DNA of 58,159 nt, from positions 1 to 58,159 of the forward strand of contig CAYNUO010000005.1 in NCBI GenBank assembly GCA_964400405.1, written 5' to 3'. The notes under the pieces are model-generated. The model saw only the letters and a list, made by a program, of their open reading frames with translations, was not told where the DNA came from and did not search any database. A program made the translations under genes and the position numbers. The stretch is from an uncultured Bifidobacteriaceae bacterium. GTDB taxonomy: Bacteria; Acidobacteriota; Vicinamibacteria; Vicinamibacterales; UBA2999. The stretch's first letter is position 1; the number at the start of each line of letters is the position of its first letter. Of the stretch, positions 50,100 to 58,159 are shown one piece after another.

Positions 50100-50669
50100 A
50101 TGGAATTCAACGACATCAAGGGCATGTCCGCGCAGATCAAGACGCGGATGGACACCATCATCGAGCACGTGCGCCGCGAGATCGCCGCCGTGCGCACGGG
50201 CCGCGCGTCGACGAACCTCCTCGACAACGTGCAGGTCGAGGCCTACGGCTCCAAGATGCCGCTCAACCAGGTCGCGAGCCTCTCGGTACCTGAGGCGGCG
50301 CTGATCATGGTGCAGCCGTTCGATGCATCCCTGCTCGCCGCGATCGAACGCGCGGTGCGGCTGTCCGATCTGGGCCTGAACCCCCAGAGCGACGGCAAGG
50401 CCATCCGCGTGCCGATTCCGTCCCTGACGGAGGACCGCCGGAAGGAGCTCTCCCGCCACGTGCACAAGCAGGCCGAGGAAGGCCGGAACGGCGTGCGGCA
50501 GGTGCGGCGCGACGCGAATGACCGGCTCAAGAAGCTGCTGAAGGACGCGAAGATCTCGGAAGACGAAGAGAAGCGCGGGCTCGATCAGGTGCAGAAGATC
50601 ACCGACGAGCACGTCAGCCTGATCGACGACATCCAGAAGAAGAAGGACGTCGAGCTCCTCGGCAAGTAG
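50100..50669 (+). CDS. frr: Ribosome recycling factor
   Basis: 'VRTGRASTNLLDNVQVEAYG', 'IRVPIPSLTEDRRKEL' and 'VRRDANDRLKK'. Confidence 0.96.
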   Translation: MEFNDIKGMSAQIKTRMDTIIEHVRREIAAVRTGRASTNLLDNVQVEAYGSKMPLNQVASLSVPEAALIMVQPFDASLLAAIERAVRLSDLGLNPQSDGKAIRVPIPSLTEDRRKELSRHVHKQAEEGRNGVRQVRRDANDRLKKLLKDAKISEDEEKRGLDQVQKITDEHVSLIDDIQKKKDVELLGK

Positions 50670-50673
50670 GCCC

Positions 50674-50692
50674 GGCGCCGCAGCGCGGCGCC
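50674..50692. terminator. Short GC hairpin between convergent frr and pfk
   Basis: GGCGCCGC-agc-GCGGCGCC. No U-tract on either strand. Confidence 0.3.
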
Positions 50693-50708
50693 CAATGAGG
50701 ACCGGTCG

Positions 50709-51791
50709 TCAGTCGCCGAAGGTGACGCCGATGGCGCGGGCCGTCTTGATGAGGTCCGAGTCCAGAGGCACGGTGCGACTCCGCCCCACGACCTCGGACA
50801 GCGGCACCGGCACGATGCTCGGCGGGCGGTTCGCGACCATCACGCCGAAGATCCCGTTCTGCACCATCTCGACCGCGGTGCTGCCGAACCGCGTCGCCAG
50901 CATCCGATCGAACGGCGTCGGCGTGCCACCGCGCTGCAGGTGGCCCAGGACGACATACCGCGATTCCTTGCCCGAGAGGGCCTCCAGGTCCACCGCCAGC
51001 CGCGCCGCCACGCCGCCAAGCCGCTCGAGCTTCGAGCCCTTCGCTTCCTCGATCACGGTGCGCCGGCCGTCCATCGGCGTCGCGCCCTCGGCCACGACGA
51101 CGATGCTGAACTTCGCGCCCAGCTTCTCCCGTTCCTTGACCTGCACGACGACCTTGTTGACGTCGTAGGGAATCTCGGGAATCAGGATGATGTCGGCGCC
51201 GCCGGCCACGCCCGCATGGAGCGCGATCCAGCCGGAGTTCCGGCCCATGACCTCGACCAGCATGATGCGCTTGTGCGCCTCCGCCGTGGAGTGCAGCCGA
51301 TCGATCGCGTCGGTCGCGCAGACGACCGCCGTATCGAACCCGAAGCACGAGTTCGTGCCGACGATGTCGTTGTCGATCGTCTTCGGCACGCCGACCAGCG
51401 GAATGCCCCGCTTGTGGAACTCGTAGGAGATCGCGAGCGTGCCGTCGCCACCGATGCAGATCAGCGCGTCGAGCTTCTCGCGCTCGAACATCTGGACGAC
51501 GCGATCCCCGTAGGTCATCCGGCCGTCCGGCGTCTCGATGACCTTGTCGATCGGGTTCCCCTTGTTCGTCGTGCCGAGAATCGTGCCGCCCAGGCGCAGG
51601 ATGCCCGTGACGTTGTTCGGCTTCAGCACGCGCGTCCGGTCCGGGTAGACCAGGCCGTCGAAGCTGTCCTCAAGGCCGATGACCTCGATGCCCGCATTGC
51701 AGGCGGACTTGACCACCGCACGAATGACCGCGTTCAGGCCAGGCGCATCACCGCCGCCTGTGAGCACACCGATTCGCCTGACCGTTTTCAT
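50709..51791 (-). CDS. pfkA: 6-phosphofructokinase (group III type; ATP vs PPi donor unresolved)
   Basis: 'IGVLTGGGDAPGLNAVIRA', 'ICIGGDGT' and 'GVPKTIDNDI'. Gly at the E. coli 104-equivalent and Lys at the 124-equivalent is a mixed signature. Confidence 0.9.
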   Translation of the reverse strand: MKTVRRIGVLTGGGDAPGLNAVIRAVVKSACNAGIEVIGLEDSFDGLVYPDRTRVLKPNNVTGILRLGGTILGTTNKGNPIDKVIETPDGRMTYGDRVVQMFEREKLDALICIGGDGTLAISYEFHKRGIPLVGVPKTIDNDIVGTNSCFGFDTAVVCATDAIDRLHSTAEAHKRIMLVEVMGRNSGWIALHAGVAGGADIILIPEIPYDVNKVVVQVKEREKLGAKFSIVVVAEGATPMDGRRTVIEEAKGSKLERLGGVAARLAVDLEALSGKESRYVVLGHLQRGGTPTPFDRMLATRFGSTAVEMVQNGIFGVMVANRPPSIVPVPLSEVVGRSRTVPLDSDLIKTARAIGVTFGD

Positions 51792-51903
51792 CGTAGGGCT
51801 ATGTTACACTTGCGGTTGTTCGTCGCCTGATTCTCGACAGTTTTGCAGGTCGCCGCGACGTCCGAACGACACGAGTTCAGCAAGGCAGGAGTTAGGCAAA
51901 TTC

Positions 51904-51979
51904 GGGCGGCTAGCTCAGCTGGGAGAGCGCTGCGTTCGCAATGCAGAGGTCAGGGGTTCGATCCCCCTGCCGTCCACCA
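51904..51979 (+). tRNA. tRNA-Ala (anticodon CGC), CCA encoded
   Basis: Hand-folded cloverleaf: acceptor GGGCGGC/GCCGTCC with the G3:U70 alanine identity pair, D-arm GCTC/GAGC, anticodon stem CTGCG/TGCAG with loop TT-CGC-AA, T-arm AGGGG-TTCGATC-CCCCT, then ACCA. Confidence 0.93.
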
Positions 51980-52016
51980 ACCCACCATCCGGCAACCGGC
52001 TTCGCTCATCACCGCC

Positions 52017-52379
52017 GTGCCTGTTCCCCGCATCACACCCGCAGACTTGCTGACCGCGCTGGCCGCGGAGGATAGCGAACGGCCGGTCGTCGTCGACGCA
52101 CGGCTCAAGTATCCGTACGAGCACAGCACCGTGATCATCGCCGGGGCCCTGCGGCACACCGACCCGGCGCCGGCGCTGCCACGGGAACGGTCGATCGTCG
52201 TCTACGACTCCGACCCGGATGAACTCGTCAGCTCGGGTGTGGCCGCCGCCCTCATCCGGCAGGGCTATCGGGCGTCGGCGCTCGCCGGTGGCATCGCCGC
52301 GTGGCTGGCTGCAGGTGGCGCCGTGACCCCGAAAGACGCCCCCAAGCCGTCGGCTCCTGCCAGCTCACTGAAGGCCTGA
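52017..52379 (+). CDS. Rhodanese-domain protein
   Basis: 'ITPADLLTAL...RPVVVDARLKYPYEHSTVIIAGALRH...IVVYDSDPDELVSSGVAAALIRQGY.ASALAGGIAAW' matches a single rhodanese fold. The active-site loop appears to lack Cys ('YDSDPDE'). GTG at 52017 was chosen because the upstream ORF part overlaps the tRNA. Confidence 0.55.
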   Translation: MPVPRITPADLLTALAAEDSERPVVVDARLKYPYEHSTVIIAGALRHTDPAPALPRERSIVVYDSDPDELVSSGVAAALIRQGYRASALAGGIAAWLAAGGAVTPKDAPKPSAPASSLKA

Positions 52380-52420
52380 TCGTCTCAGTCACCGTGCTAA
52401 GGTGAGGCCGCTGGTATCGC

Positions 52421-53104
52421 ATGCCCCTGAAACGACGTGCCTTCGGCGTGCTGCTCCTCCTCGCGCTGGCCGCCCTCGGGGCTGGCGCGGCTGCTGCGCC
52501 CGGGACCGCTCCCATGACGCCGGATGCGCTGGCCCAGGCGCTCCAGAAGCGTTACGAGACCATCCGGGACTTCACCGCTGACTTCCAGCACAGCTACCGG
52601 GGCGGCGCGCTCAAGACCCAGGTCGTGGAGCGCGGGGTCGCCACCTTCAAGAAGCCCGGCATGATGCGGTGGGTCTACGAGTCGCCCGAGCGCAAGGAGT
52701 TCGTCAGCGACGGCCGGCGGATCTATGCCTACATCCCGGCCGACCGGCAGGTCGTCGTCTCCGCCGTGCCGCCCGATGACGCCGCCCCGCTGCCAGTGCT
52801 CTTCCTCGCCGGCAAGGGCAACGTCAGCCGGGACTTCATCGCCAGCCTGCCGGACGAGGCATCAGCGACCCGGGCCACGCTGAAGCTCGTGCCCCGGAGC
52901 GCCGGCGCGGACTACGCCCACATGCTGCTGTCCGTGGACCTGCCCGCGCTGCGGATCGTCGGACTGACCACGGTGGACCTCCAGGGAGGCACGTCGACGT
53001 TCGCGTTCTCCCGTCTGAAGGAAAATCAGGGACTGACCGATACGCAGTTCGCCTTCCGCATCCCGAAGGGAGTGGATGTCCTGACCGATGATGGCGCCCG
53101 CTGA
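52421..53104 (+). CDS. lolA: Outer-membrane lipoprotein carrier protein LolA-like
   Basis: Signal peptide, then 'LQKRYETIRDFTADFQHSY......GVATFKKPGMMRWVYESPERKEFVSDGRRIYAYIP', typical of the LolA family. Confidence 0.8.
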   Translation: MPLKRRAFGVLLLLALAALGAGAAAAPGTAPMTPDALAQALQKRYETIRDFTADFQHSYRGGALKTQVVERGVATFKKPGMMRWVYESPERKEFVSDGRRIYAYIPADRQVVVSAVPPDDAAPLPVLFLAGKGNVSRDFIASLPDEASATRATLKLVPRSAGADYAHMLLSVDLPALRIVGLTTVDLQGGTSTFAFSRLKENQGLTDTQFAFRIPKGVDVLTDDGAR

Positions 53105-54905
53105 TCTCGTCCGTTTCCGCCTGGCCTCGCTGCTGGCCCTCTGCCTCGGCGTGTCCGCCGGCATGGGCTGCGCCACGGCCGGCTTCGCCGCCCGCGGCCT
53201 CCAGGCCGAACAGGCAGGCGACCACGACCTGGCCGTCGTGGAGTACGCCAAGGCGCTCCAGGCGAAGCCCAACGACCGCGCCACGCGGCAGGCGCTCGAT
53301 CGCGCCAAACTCCGCGCCGCGCAGGACCACTTCACCAGGGGCCGCCGCTTCGCCTTCACCGGGAAGCTGGACGAAGCCCTCATCGAGTACCAGCTCGCCG
53401 GCGAGCTGAACCCCGCGAACAAGGAGATCGAGGACGCCCTGCGGGACATGCGCGCGCAGCTCAAGACACGCGTCGCGATCGCGCGGGAGGGCAAGACGAA
53501 GCTCGAGACGCTCGTCGAGCGGTCACGCATGCTACCGCCGCCGGGGCTCGACCTCCCCACCGACGTCAAGCTCCCCGCGTCGCTCGCGTTCCGGAACGCG
53601 CCGTCGAAGGACGTCTTCACGGCGATCGCACGGTTCGCGAACATCAGCATCGTCTTCGATGCCGACCTCAGGGATCAGCCAGTCACGATCGACCTCCGGA
53701 ACGCGGCGCTCGAAGACGCGCTGGCGGCCGTCTCCACCAGCACGAAGGCGTTCTACCGGGTGACCGGCTCCCGGACAGTCACGGTGATCCCCGACACGGC
53801 TGCCAAACGGCGCGAGTACGAGGAAGAGATCGTCCGGACCTTCTATCTGAGCAACGCCGACCTGAAGGAGACGATCGACGTTCTCCGCATCGTCATCGAC
53901 GCCCGCCGGATCGCCCCGGTCGCGGCGAACAACGCGATTGCCATCAAGGACACGCCGGAGCGCGTGGCCGCCGCCGCCCGCCTGCTCTCAGCCATCGACA
54001 AGGCCCGGCCCGAAGTGGTGATCGACGTCGAACTGCTCGAAGTGGACCGTACCCGTCTGAGAGACTACGGCCTGCAGATCGCCTCGCCCGGCTCGGCCGG
54101 CCTGAACGGGTCGGTCACGGTCGACGACAGCAGCCTGACGCTCCGCAGCCTGCGGAACCTGACGCAGAGCGACATGATGCTGACCAACCTTCCGGGCCTC
54201 TACTACCGGCTCCTCAAGACCGACACGAACACCCGGACGCTCGCGAACCCGCAGCTCCGGACGACGGAAGGCGTCTCCGCGCAGGCGCGGTTCGGCGAGC
54301 GTGTGCCGGTGCCTGTCACGACGTTCGCGCCGATCGCCACCGGCGGCACGGCGCAGCAGCCGATCACGTCGTTCAACTACGAGAACATCGGCGTCAACAT
54401 CGACATCAAGCCGCGCACGCACCATGACGACGAGGTCTCGCTCGAGGTCAAGGTGGCCGTGAGCAGCATCTCCGGTACCGGATTCGGCGGCCTGCCGACG
54501 TTCGGCAACCGCGAGATCAGCACGGTGATCCGGCTGCGCGACGGCGAGACGAACATGCTGGCCGGGCTGATCCGCGACGACGAACGCCGCGTGCTCGACG
54601 GGATTCCCGGCCTGAGCGACCTCCCCATCATCGGCCGCCTGTTTGCGCACTCGAAGAAGGAAACGCAGGAAACGGACATCGTGCTCACGCTCACGCCGCG
54701 CATCATCCGCGTGCTGGATCTGAGCGAGAACGATCTCCGGCCCTTCCGCGTGGGCCGCGAGACGGGGCTGACGACGATCGACCTGCCGCCGCCGATGCCG
54801 CTCGCGCCCGTGGCTCCGGCGATGCCGCAACCCGGCGCCGCGACACCGCAGCCCGCGGTGCCGCTCCAGATCCCCGCGTCTCCGCCGCAGCCGCAGGTTC
54901 GCTAG
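53088..54905 (+). CDS. Secretin-family outer-membrane protein with lipobox and N-terminal TPR domain (lipo-secretin)
   Basis: Lipobox 'LGVSAGMGC'. TPR-like helices ('DLAVVEYAKALQAKPND', 'LDEALIEYQLAGELNPAN'). N0/N1 secretin domains ('VTIDLRNAALEDALAAV', 'IVRTFYLSNADLKETIDVL'). Secretin core 'GIPGLSDLPIIGRLF....ETDIVLTLTPRIIRV'. The start overlaps lolA by 17 nt. Confidence 0.85.
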   Translation: MMAPADLVRFRLASLLALCLGVSAGMGCATAGFAARGLQAEQAGDHDLAVVEYAKALQAKPNDRATRQALDRAKLRAAQDHFTRGRRFAFTGKLDEALIEYQLAGELNPANKEIEDALRDMRAQLKTRVAIAREGKTKLETLVERSRMLPPPGLDLPTDVKLPASLAFRNAPSKDVFTAIARFANISIVFDADLRDQPVTIDLRNAALEDALAAVSTSTKAFYRVTGSRTVTVIPDTAAKRREYEEEIVRTFYLSNADLKETIDVLRIVIDARRIAPVAANNAIAIKDTPERVAAAARLLSAIDKARPEVVIDVELLEVDRTRLRDYGLQIASPGSAGLNGSVTVDDSSLTLRSLRNLTQSDMMLTNLPGLYYRLLKTDTNTRTLANPQLRTTEGVSAQARFGERVPVPVTTFAPIATGGTAQQPITSFNYENIGVNIDIKPRTHHDDEVSLEVKVAVSSISGTGFGGLPTFGNREISTVIRLRDGETNMLAGLIRDDERRVLDGIPGLSDLPIIGRLFAHSKKETQETDIVLTLTPRIIRVLDLSENDLRPFRVGRETGLTTIDLPPPMPLAPVAPAMPQPGAATPQPAVPLQIPASPPQPQVR

Positions 54906-56161
54906 CTGACCTTCGTCACCTTCGCTCCGAGCGACCGGAGCCGATCCACGAGCTGGCTGTAGCCACGCTCGACCGTTTCGAGCGGCGCGACGCACGTTTC
55001 CCCGTCCGCGGCCAGGCCGGCCGCGATGAGCGACATCCCCGAGCGCAGATCCCGGCTGTCCAGCGTGCGCCCGCCGCGCAGGCGCGTCGGACCGTTGACG
55101 ATGATCCGGTGGGCGTCCGCCAGAAAGAGGTCGGCGCCCATGCCGCTCATCTGCTCGAGCGCGAAGAGACGCAGCTCGTACATCCAGTCGTGGACGAGCG
55201 TCCGTCCCTCGGCCTGCGTGGCGAGCACCGTGACGAGGCTGACCAGGTCGCTCGGGAACGACGGCCACAGGCCCGTGGCGATGCGCTTGACGGCCTTCGG
55301 CTTCGAGGGCCGGACGATGAAAGCGCCGTCCTCCATGCCGCACGCGATGTTCATGCGCTGCAGGACCGCCGCGACCACCTCGATGTCCTCGGCGCGCGCG
55401 CCGTCGATCGCGACTTCTCCACCGGTGATGGCCGCCACGACGGCCCAGCTTCCGGCCTCGATGTAGTCGCCCCACAGTTCGTGCGTCGCTCCGCGCAGCT
55501 TCGTGGCTCCGGTGACGCGAATCGTCGAGCTCCCGGCACCTTCGATGTGGGCGCCCATCTTCGACAGGAACGTGCACAGCTCGACGACATGCGGCTCGGT
55601 GGCGGCATGGCGGATCTCGCTCGTGCCGGCCACCGAAGCCGCCGCGAGAAGCGCCGTCTCAGTGCCGGTGACTGACGCCTCGTAGAGGTACATCGACGCG
55701 GCCTTCAGGCCGTCCGGCGCCTCCAGCACGTGATCCGGGCCGTCGCTGAGCCGGGCGCCCAACGCGCCAAGGGCCTCCAGGTGCGTCGAGATACTCCGGC
55801 GCGCCGGAAAATCGCCTCCGGGAGGCGCCAGCCGCGCGCGGCCCGTCCGCGCGAGCAGCGGCGCGAGCAGCAGAACCGAGCCCCGGAGACGTCCGACGAG
55901 CGTGCGGTCGGCCTCGTGGGTGCGGACCTCCTTCGCGCGGATTCTGAGCGTGGTCGACCCGATGCCGGTCACCTCCGCGCCGAGATCGGCGAGCAGCCGC
56001 GCCATGACCTCCACGTCGCCGATGCGCGGCACGTTGGTCAGCACGCACTCGTCTCCCGTCAGGAGGCACGCGGCCAGCAACGGCAGCGCCGCGTTCTTGT
56101 TGCCCTCGACGGCCACCCGGCCCTCGAGCCGGTGGCCCCCTTCAACGACGAGCGTCGACAT
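54902..56161 (-). CDS. murA: UDP-N-acetylglucosamine 1-carboxyvinyltransferase
   Basis: 'VEGNKNAALPLLAACLL', 'RPIDLH'-region equivalents and an overall MurA/EPSP fold length of 419 aa. Confidence 0.96.
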   Translation of the reverse strand: MSTLVVEGGHRLEGRVAVEGNKNAALPLLAACLLTGDECVLTNVPRIGDVEVMARLLADLGAEVTGIGSTTLRIRAKEVRTHEADRTLVGRLRGSVLLLAPLLARTGRARLAPPGGDFPARRSISTHLEALGALGARLSDGPDHVLEAPDGLKAASMYLYEASVTGTETALLAAASVAGTSEIRHAATEPHVVELCTFLSKMGAHIEGAGSSTIRVTGATKLRGATHELWGDYIEAGSWAVVAAITGGEVAIDGARAEDIEVVAAVLQRMNIACGMEDGAFIVRPSKPKAVKRIATGLWPSFPSDLVSLVTVLATQAEGRTLVHDWMYELRLFALEQMSGMGADLFLADAHRIIVNGPTRLRGGRTLDSRDLRSGMSLIAAGLAADGETCVAPLETVERGYSQLVDRLRSLGAKVTKVS

Positions 56162-56327
56162 CTAGTGTCCCGTCCCGGAGATGCGTTGCATAAGTCCCGG
56201 AGCGCGGCGCCCGGCTGGCAAGGCGCGAAGAGTGAGCTTATTGGGCATAAGTGAGCGATGAGCAACGAAGCCAGGCGGGATGCCCCGCCCGGGAATTATG
56301 TGACGTATCTCCGGGACGGGACACTAG
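56162..56327. mobile_element. MITE-like element (160 bp, 18-bp perfect TIRs, TA target duplication) between murB and murA
   Basis: GTGTCCCGTCCCGGAGAT at 56165-56182 is the exact reverse complement of 56307-56324. Both ends are flanked by TA (56163-64 and 56325-26). The arms extend imperfectly to about 55 bp. The interior is AT-richer than its surroundings. Removing the element plus one TA restores ...AGC-TAG-ATG-TCG..., i.e. the murB stop directly abutting the murA start. Confidence 0.5.
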
Positions 56328-57409
56328 CTCCCTGTTCCTTTCAGAAACGCGACGCGCGCGTCGTCCTCGAACCCCAGAAAGATCGGCTCGGCGGCGAGCG
56401 CCACGCCGAAGCGATCCAGCACCGCCTGCTTGATGCCGGTCGCGAACGCGACGACATCCTCGGCCGACGCCCCGCCACGATTCACGATCGCGAGCGCGTG
56501 ACGGCTCGACAGGCCGGCCGGGCCGGCGCCCGCGCCACGCGACCAGCCGGCGTGCTCGATCAGCCACGCGGCCGGGACCTTGACGTGGCCCTCGCCCGCC
56601 GGAAACATCGGCGGCCGCGCGCCTGCGTGCGTGCCGAGCGACTCAGCCTGCGCGATCGGCAGCACCGGATTGACGAAGAACGACCCGACGCTCCTCGCAT
56701 CAGGGTTCGTCTCCTCGACGACCATGCCCTTTGCCCGCCGCAGTGCCAGCACGGCCTCCCGCGCGTCACCCGGTGTCACAAGGGGCCGGCCCGCGAGTTC
56801 CCGCTCGACGTCGGCGGCAAACGGGCGGACCCGCGCCCGCGAGAGTCCAAAACGCACCGCAGCAATGATGTACCGGTTCCGGTCGCTCCCACGAAAGCGG
56901 CTGTCGCGGTACGCGAACCCGCATGCGTCCGCGGGGATCGACAGCGCTGCCCCGGTCGCACGCTCGACGACCTCCACCGTGTCGATGGTCTGACTGACGT
57001 CCTGCCCGTAGGCGCCGACGTTCTGCACGGGCGTCCCGCCGACCGTACCGGGAATGCCCGACAGGCACTCGAGGCCCCACGCCTGCTGGCGCACGGCCGT
57101 CTCGACCAGCGCGTCCCACGGCTCCCCGGCTCCGGCACGCACGCGCCAGATGTCGCCGTCCCAGTCTGCGTCGACCCCGCGGATCGACATCCGGAGCACG
57201 AGACCGCGGACGCCGCGGTCGCTGACGACGACGTTGCTGCCGCCGCCAAGCACGGTCAGCGGCAGACCACGGCTCGCCGCCCAGCGGCACGCCGGTGCGA
57301 TACCGGACGCGGCGGTCACCTCGGCAAACCACTCCGCCGCCCCGCCCACCTGGAGCGTGCAGAACGGCGCGAGCGGCACGGCCGCGGCCGGCGCCAGCTC
57401 AGTGGCCAT
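56324..57409 (-). CDS. murB: UDP-N-acetylenolpyruvoylglucosamine reductase
   Basis: FAD-binding 'TLQVGGAAEWF' and 'LTVLGGGSNVVVSD', plus 'GSFFVNP' MurB blocks. ATG at 57409 (MATELAP...) overlaps the pxpC end by 11 nt. Confidence 0.92.
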   Translation of the reverse strand: MATELAPAAAVPLAPFCTLQVGGAAEWFAEVTAASGIAPACRWAASRGLPLTVLGGGSNVVVSDRGVRGLVLRMSIRGVDADWDGDIWRVRAGAGEPWDALVETAVRQQAWGLECLSGIPGTVGGTPVQNVGAYGQDVSQTIDTVEVVERATGAALSIPADACGFAYRDSRFRGSDRNRYIIAAVRFGLSRARVRPFAADVERELAGRPLVTPGDAREAVLALRRAKGMVVEETNPDARSVGSFFVNPVLPIAQAESLGTHAGARPPMFPAGEGHVKVPAAWLIEHAGWSRGAGAGPAGLSSRHALAIVNRGGASAEDVVAFATGIKQAVLDRFGVALAAEPIFLGFEDDARVAFLKGTGS

Positions 57410-58159
57410 CGGGCCCCTGCACGTCGTCGAGCAGCGCACGCATCGCGTCCTGCCGCGAGCACAGCGAGAGTGTCAGCGCATCACCTGGGCACAATTGTGC
57501 CGCGTGATCGAGGTCGGCGGCGATCACGCTCAGCACCTGCGGATACCCGCCCGTCGGCTGGCGGTCCGCCAGCAGCAGGAGCAGGTCGCCGCTCGGCGTG
57601 ACCTGCACGGCACCCGGCACGGTGCCGGTGGGAAGACGGTCCCCTGCCGATGCCGGGCCCGCACGCATGCCCGTCACGCGACACCCCGCCCGGTTGACGT
57701 GCTGCGACACAGTCAGCGGGCGCGCCAGCAGTTCGTCCAGATAGTCGCCCGGCACCAGCGCCGCGTCCGGGCCTGGCAGCACACGCAGCGCGGTGCGGCG
57801 GGGTCGCGCGGCAGCACCGGCAGGACCGGATCGGGCGCTCCACGGCGGCGCGCCGGCCGGCGTGCCGATGGGCAGGCGGTCGCCCGCCAGCAGAGAACGT
57901 CCGACGCCCCCGCCGAATGCCGCGCCGAGGCACAGCGCCCGGCTCCCGAGCACGACCGGCACGTCCACGCCACCGGCCACCGCCAGGCACGCGCGGAGGC
58001 CACCGTGAAGCGGCCCGCACCGCACCACGCCGCCCGGCGGCACGGCGACGGCCTGTTCGGCGGGCACGCTCCGGCCATCGATCTCGACGTCCATCGCCGC
58101 CCCCGCCCAGGCAATCAGCGCCGCCTGCTCGAAGCGCAGGTCCGGACCGACCGCCGAGA
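57399..58159 (-). CDS. pxpC: 5-oxoprolinase subunit C / allophanate-hydrolase-subunit-2 family (KipA-like), 5' end outside window
   Basis: 'GAVQVTPSGDLLLLLADRQPTGGYPQVLSVIAADLDHAAQLCPGD' is the hallmark cyclophilin-like block. The reading frame stays open to the window edge. Confidence 0.8.
   Translation of the reverse strand, partial: SAVGPDLRFEQAALIAWAGAAMDVEIDGRSVPAEQAVAVPPGGVVRCGPLHGGLRACLAVAGGVDVPVVLGSRALCLGAAFGGGVGRSLLAGDRLPIGTPAGAPPWSARSGPAGAAARPRRTALRVLPGPDAALVPGDYLDELLARPLTVSQHVNRAGCRVTGMRAGPASAGDRLPTGTVPGAVQVTPSGDLLLLLADRQPTGGYPQVLSVIAADLDHAAQLCPGDALTLSLCSRQDAMRALLDDVQGPDGH

Noticed and set aside
51843-52016. 5' part of the 178-aa ORF that overlaps tRNA-Ala
   Set aside because: It overlaps a confidently folded tRNA. 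The rhodanese-like similarity begins only after GTG 52017.
51980-52420. Possible genomic-island or prophage integration downstream of tRNA-Ala
   Set aside because: There is no integrase, no visible direct repeat of the tRNA 3' end, and no compositional shift. The next genes (rhodanese, lolA) look like core genes.

Overview
This is a GC-rich (roughly two-thirds G+C by eye, not computed), very tightly packed chromosomal core segment from a diderm bacterium. Kdo/LPS genes, LolA and two secretins support the diderm call. An Acidobacteriota-like origin is only a guess.

I can support 56 protein-coding genes and one tRNA-Ala(CGC). I found no rRNA, CRISPR array, prophage, integrase or recognisable defence island.

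Main gene blocks:
- Minus strand 17-15403: hexapeptide protein, hisS, aspS, phoH, ybeY, CNNM/CorC, era | mgtE, recO, glyQ, glyS, ppdK.
- TCA and nucleotide block: dcd, ndk, sucDC, sdhCAB, a GT-C membrane protein, mdh.
- serA, then the Kdo/LPS operon kdsB-pyrG-kdsA-kdsD-lapB.
- A cytochrome c'-like gene, coaE, folD, an APC permease and thiE.
- A long minus-strand super-operon: pilMNOPQ, two lipoprotein genes, pepP, accB, accC.
- rplM-rpsI, rpsB-tsf-pyrH-frr, pfk, tRNA-Ala, a rhodanese gene, lolA plus a TPR lipo-secretin, then murA, murB and a partial pxpC.

Most of the window is ordinary housekeeping DNA. The observations I rate most worth following up are:
1. Two uncharacterised, translationally coupled lipoprotein genes (one Big + 3xPKD) inserted after pilQ, with a perfect sigma54 -24/-12 motif upstream of pilM.
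2. A lolA gene overlapping a self-lipidated TPR-secretin that has no other secretion-system genes nearby.
3. A 160-bp MITE-like element with 18-bp perfect terminal inverted repeats and a TA duplication, inserted exactly between the murB stop and the murA start.
4. A roughly 50-aa Lys/Ala histone-H1-like tail fused to pyruvate phosphate dikinase.
5. A structured leader with glycine-riboswitch-like core motifs upstream of the amino-acid permease.

None of these is proven. I see no clear-cut novel multi-gene system and say so explicitly. The many long ORFs antisense to real genes are GC-rich shadow ORFs and were rejected.
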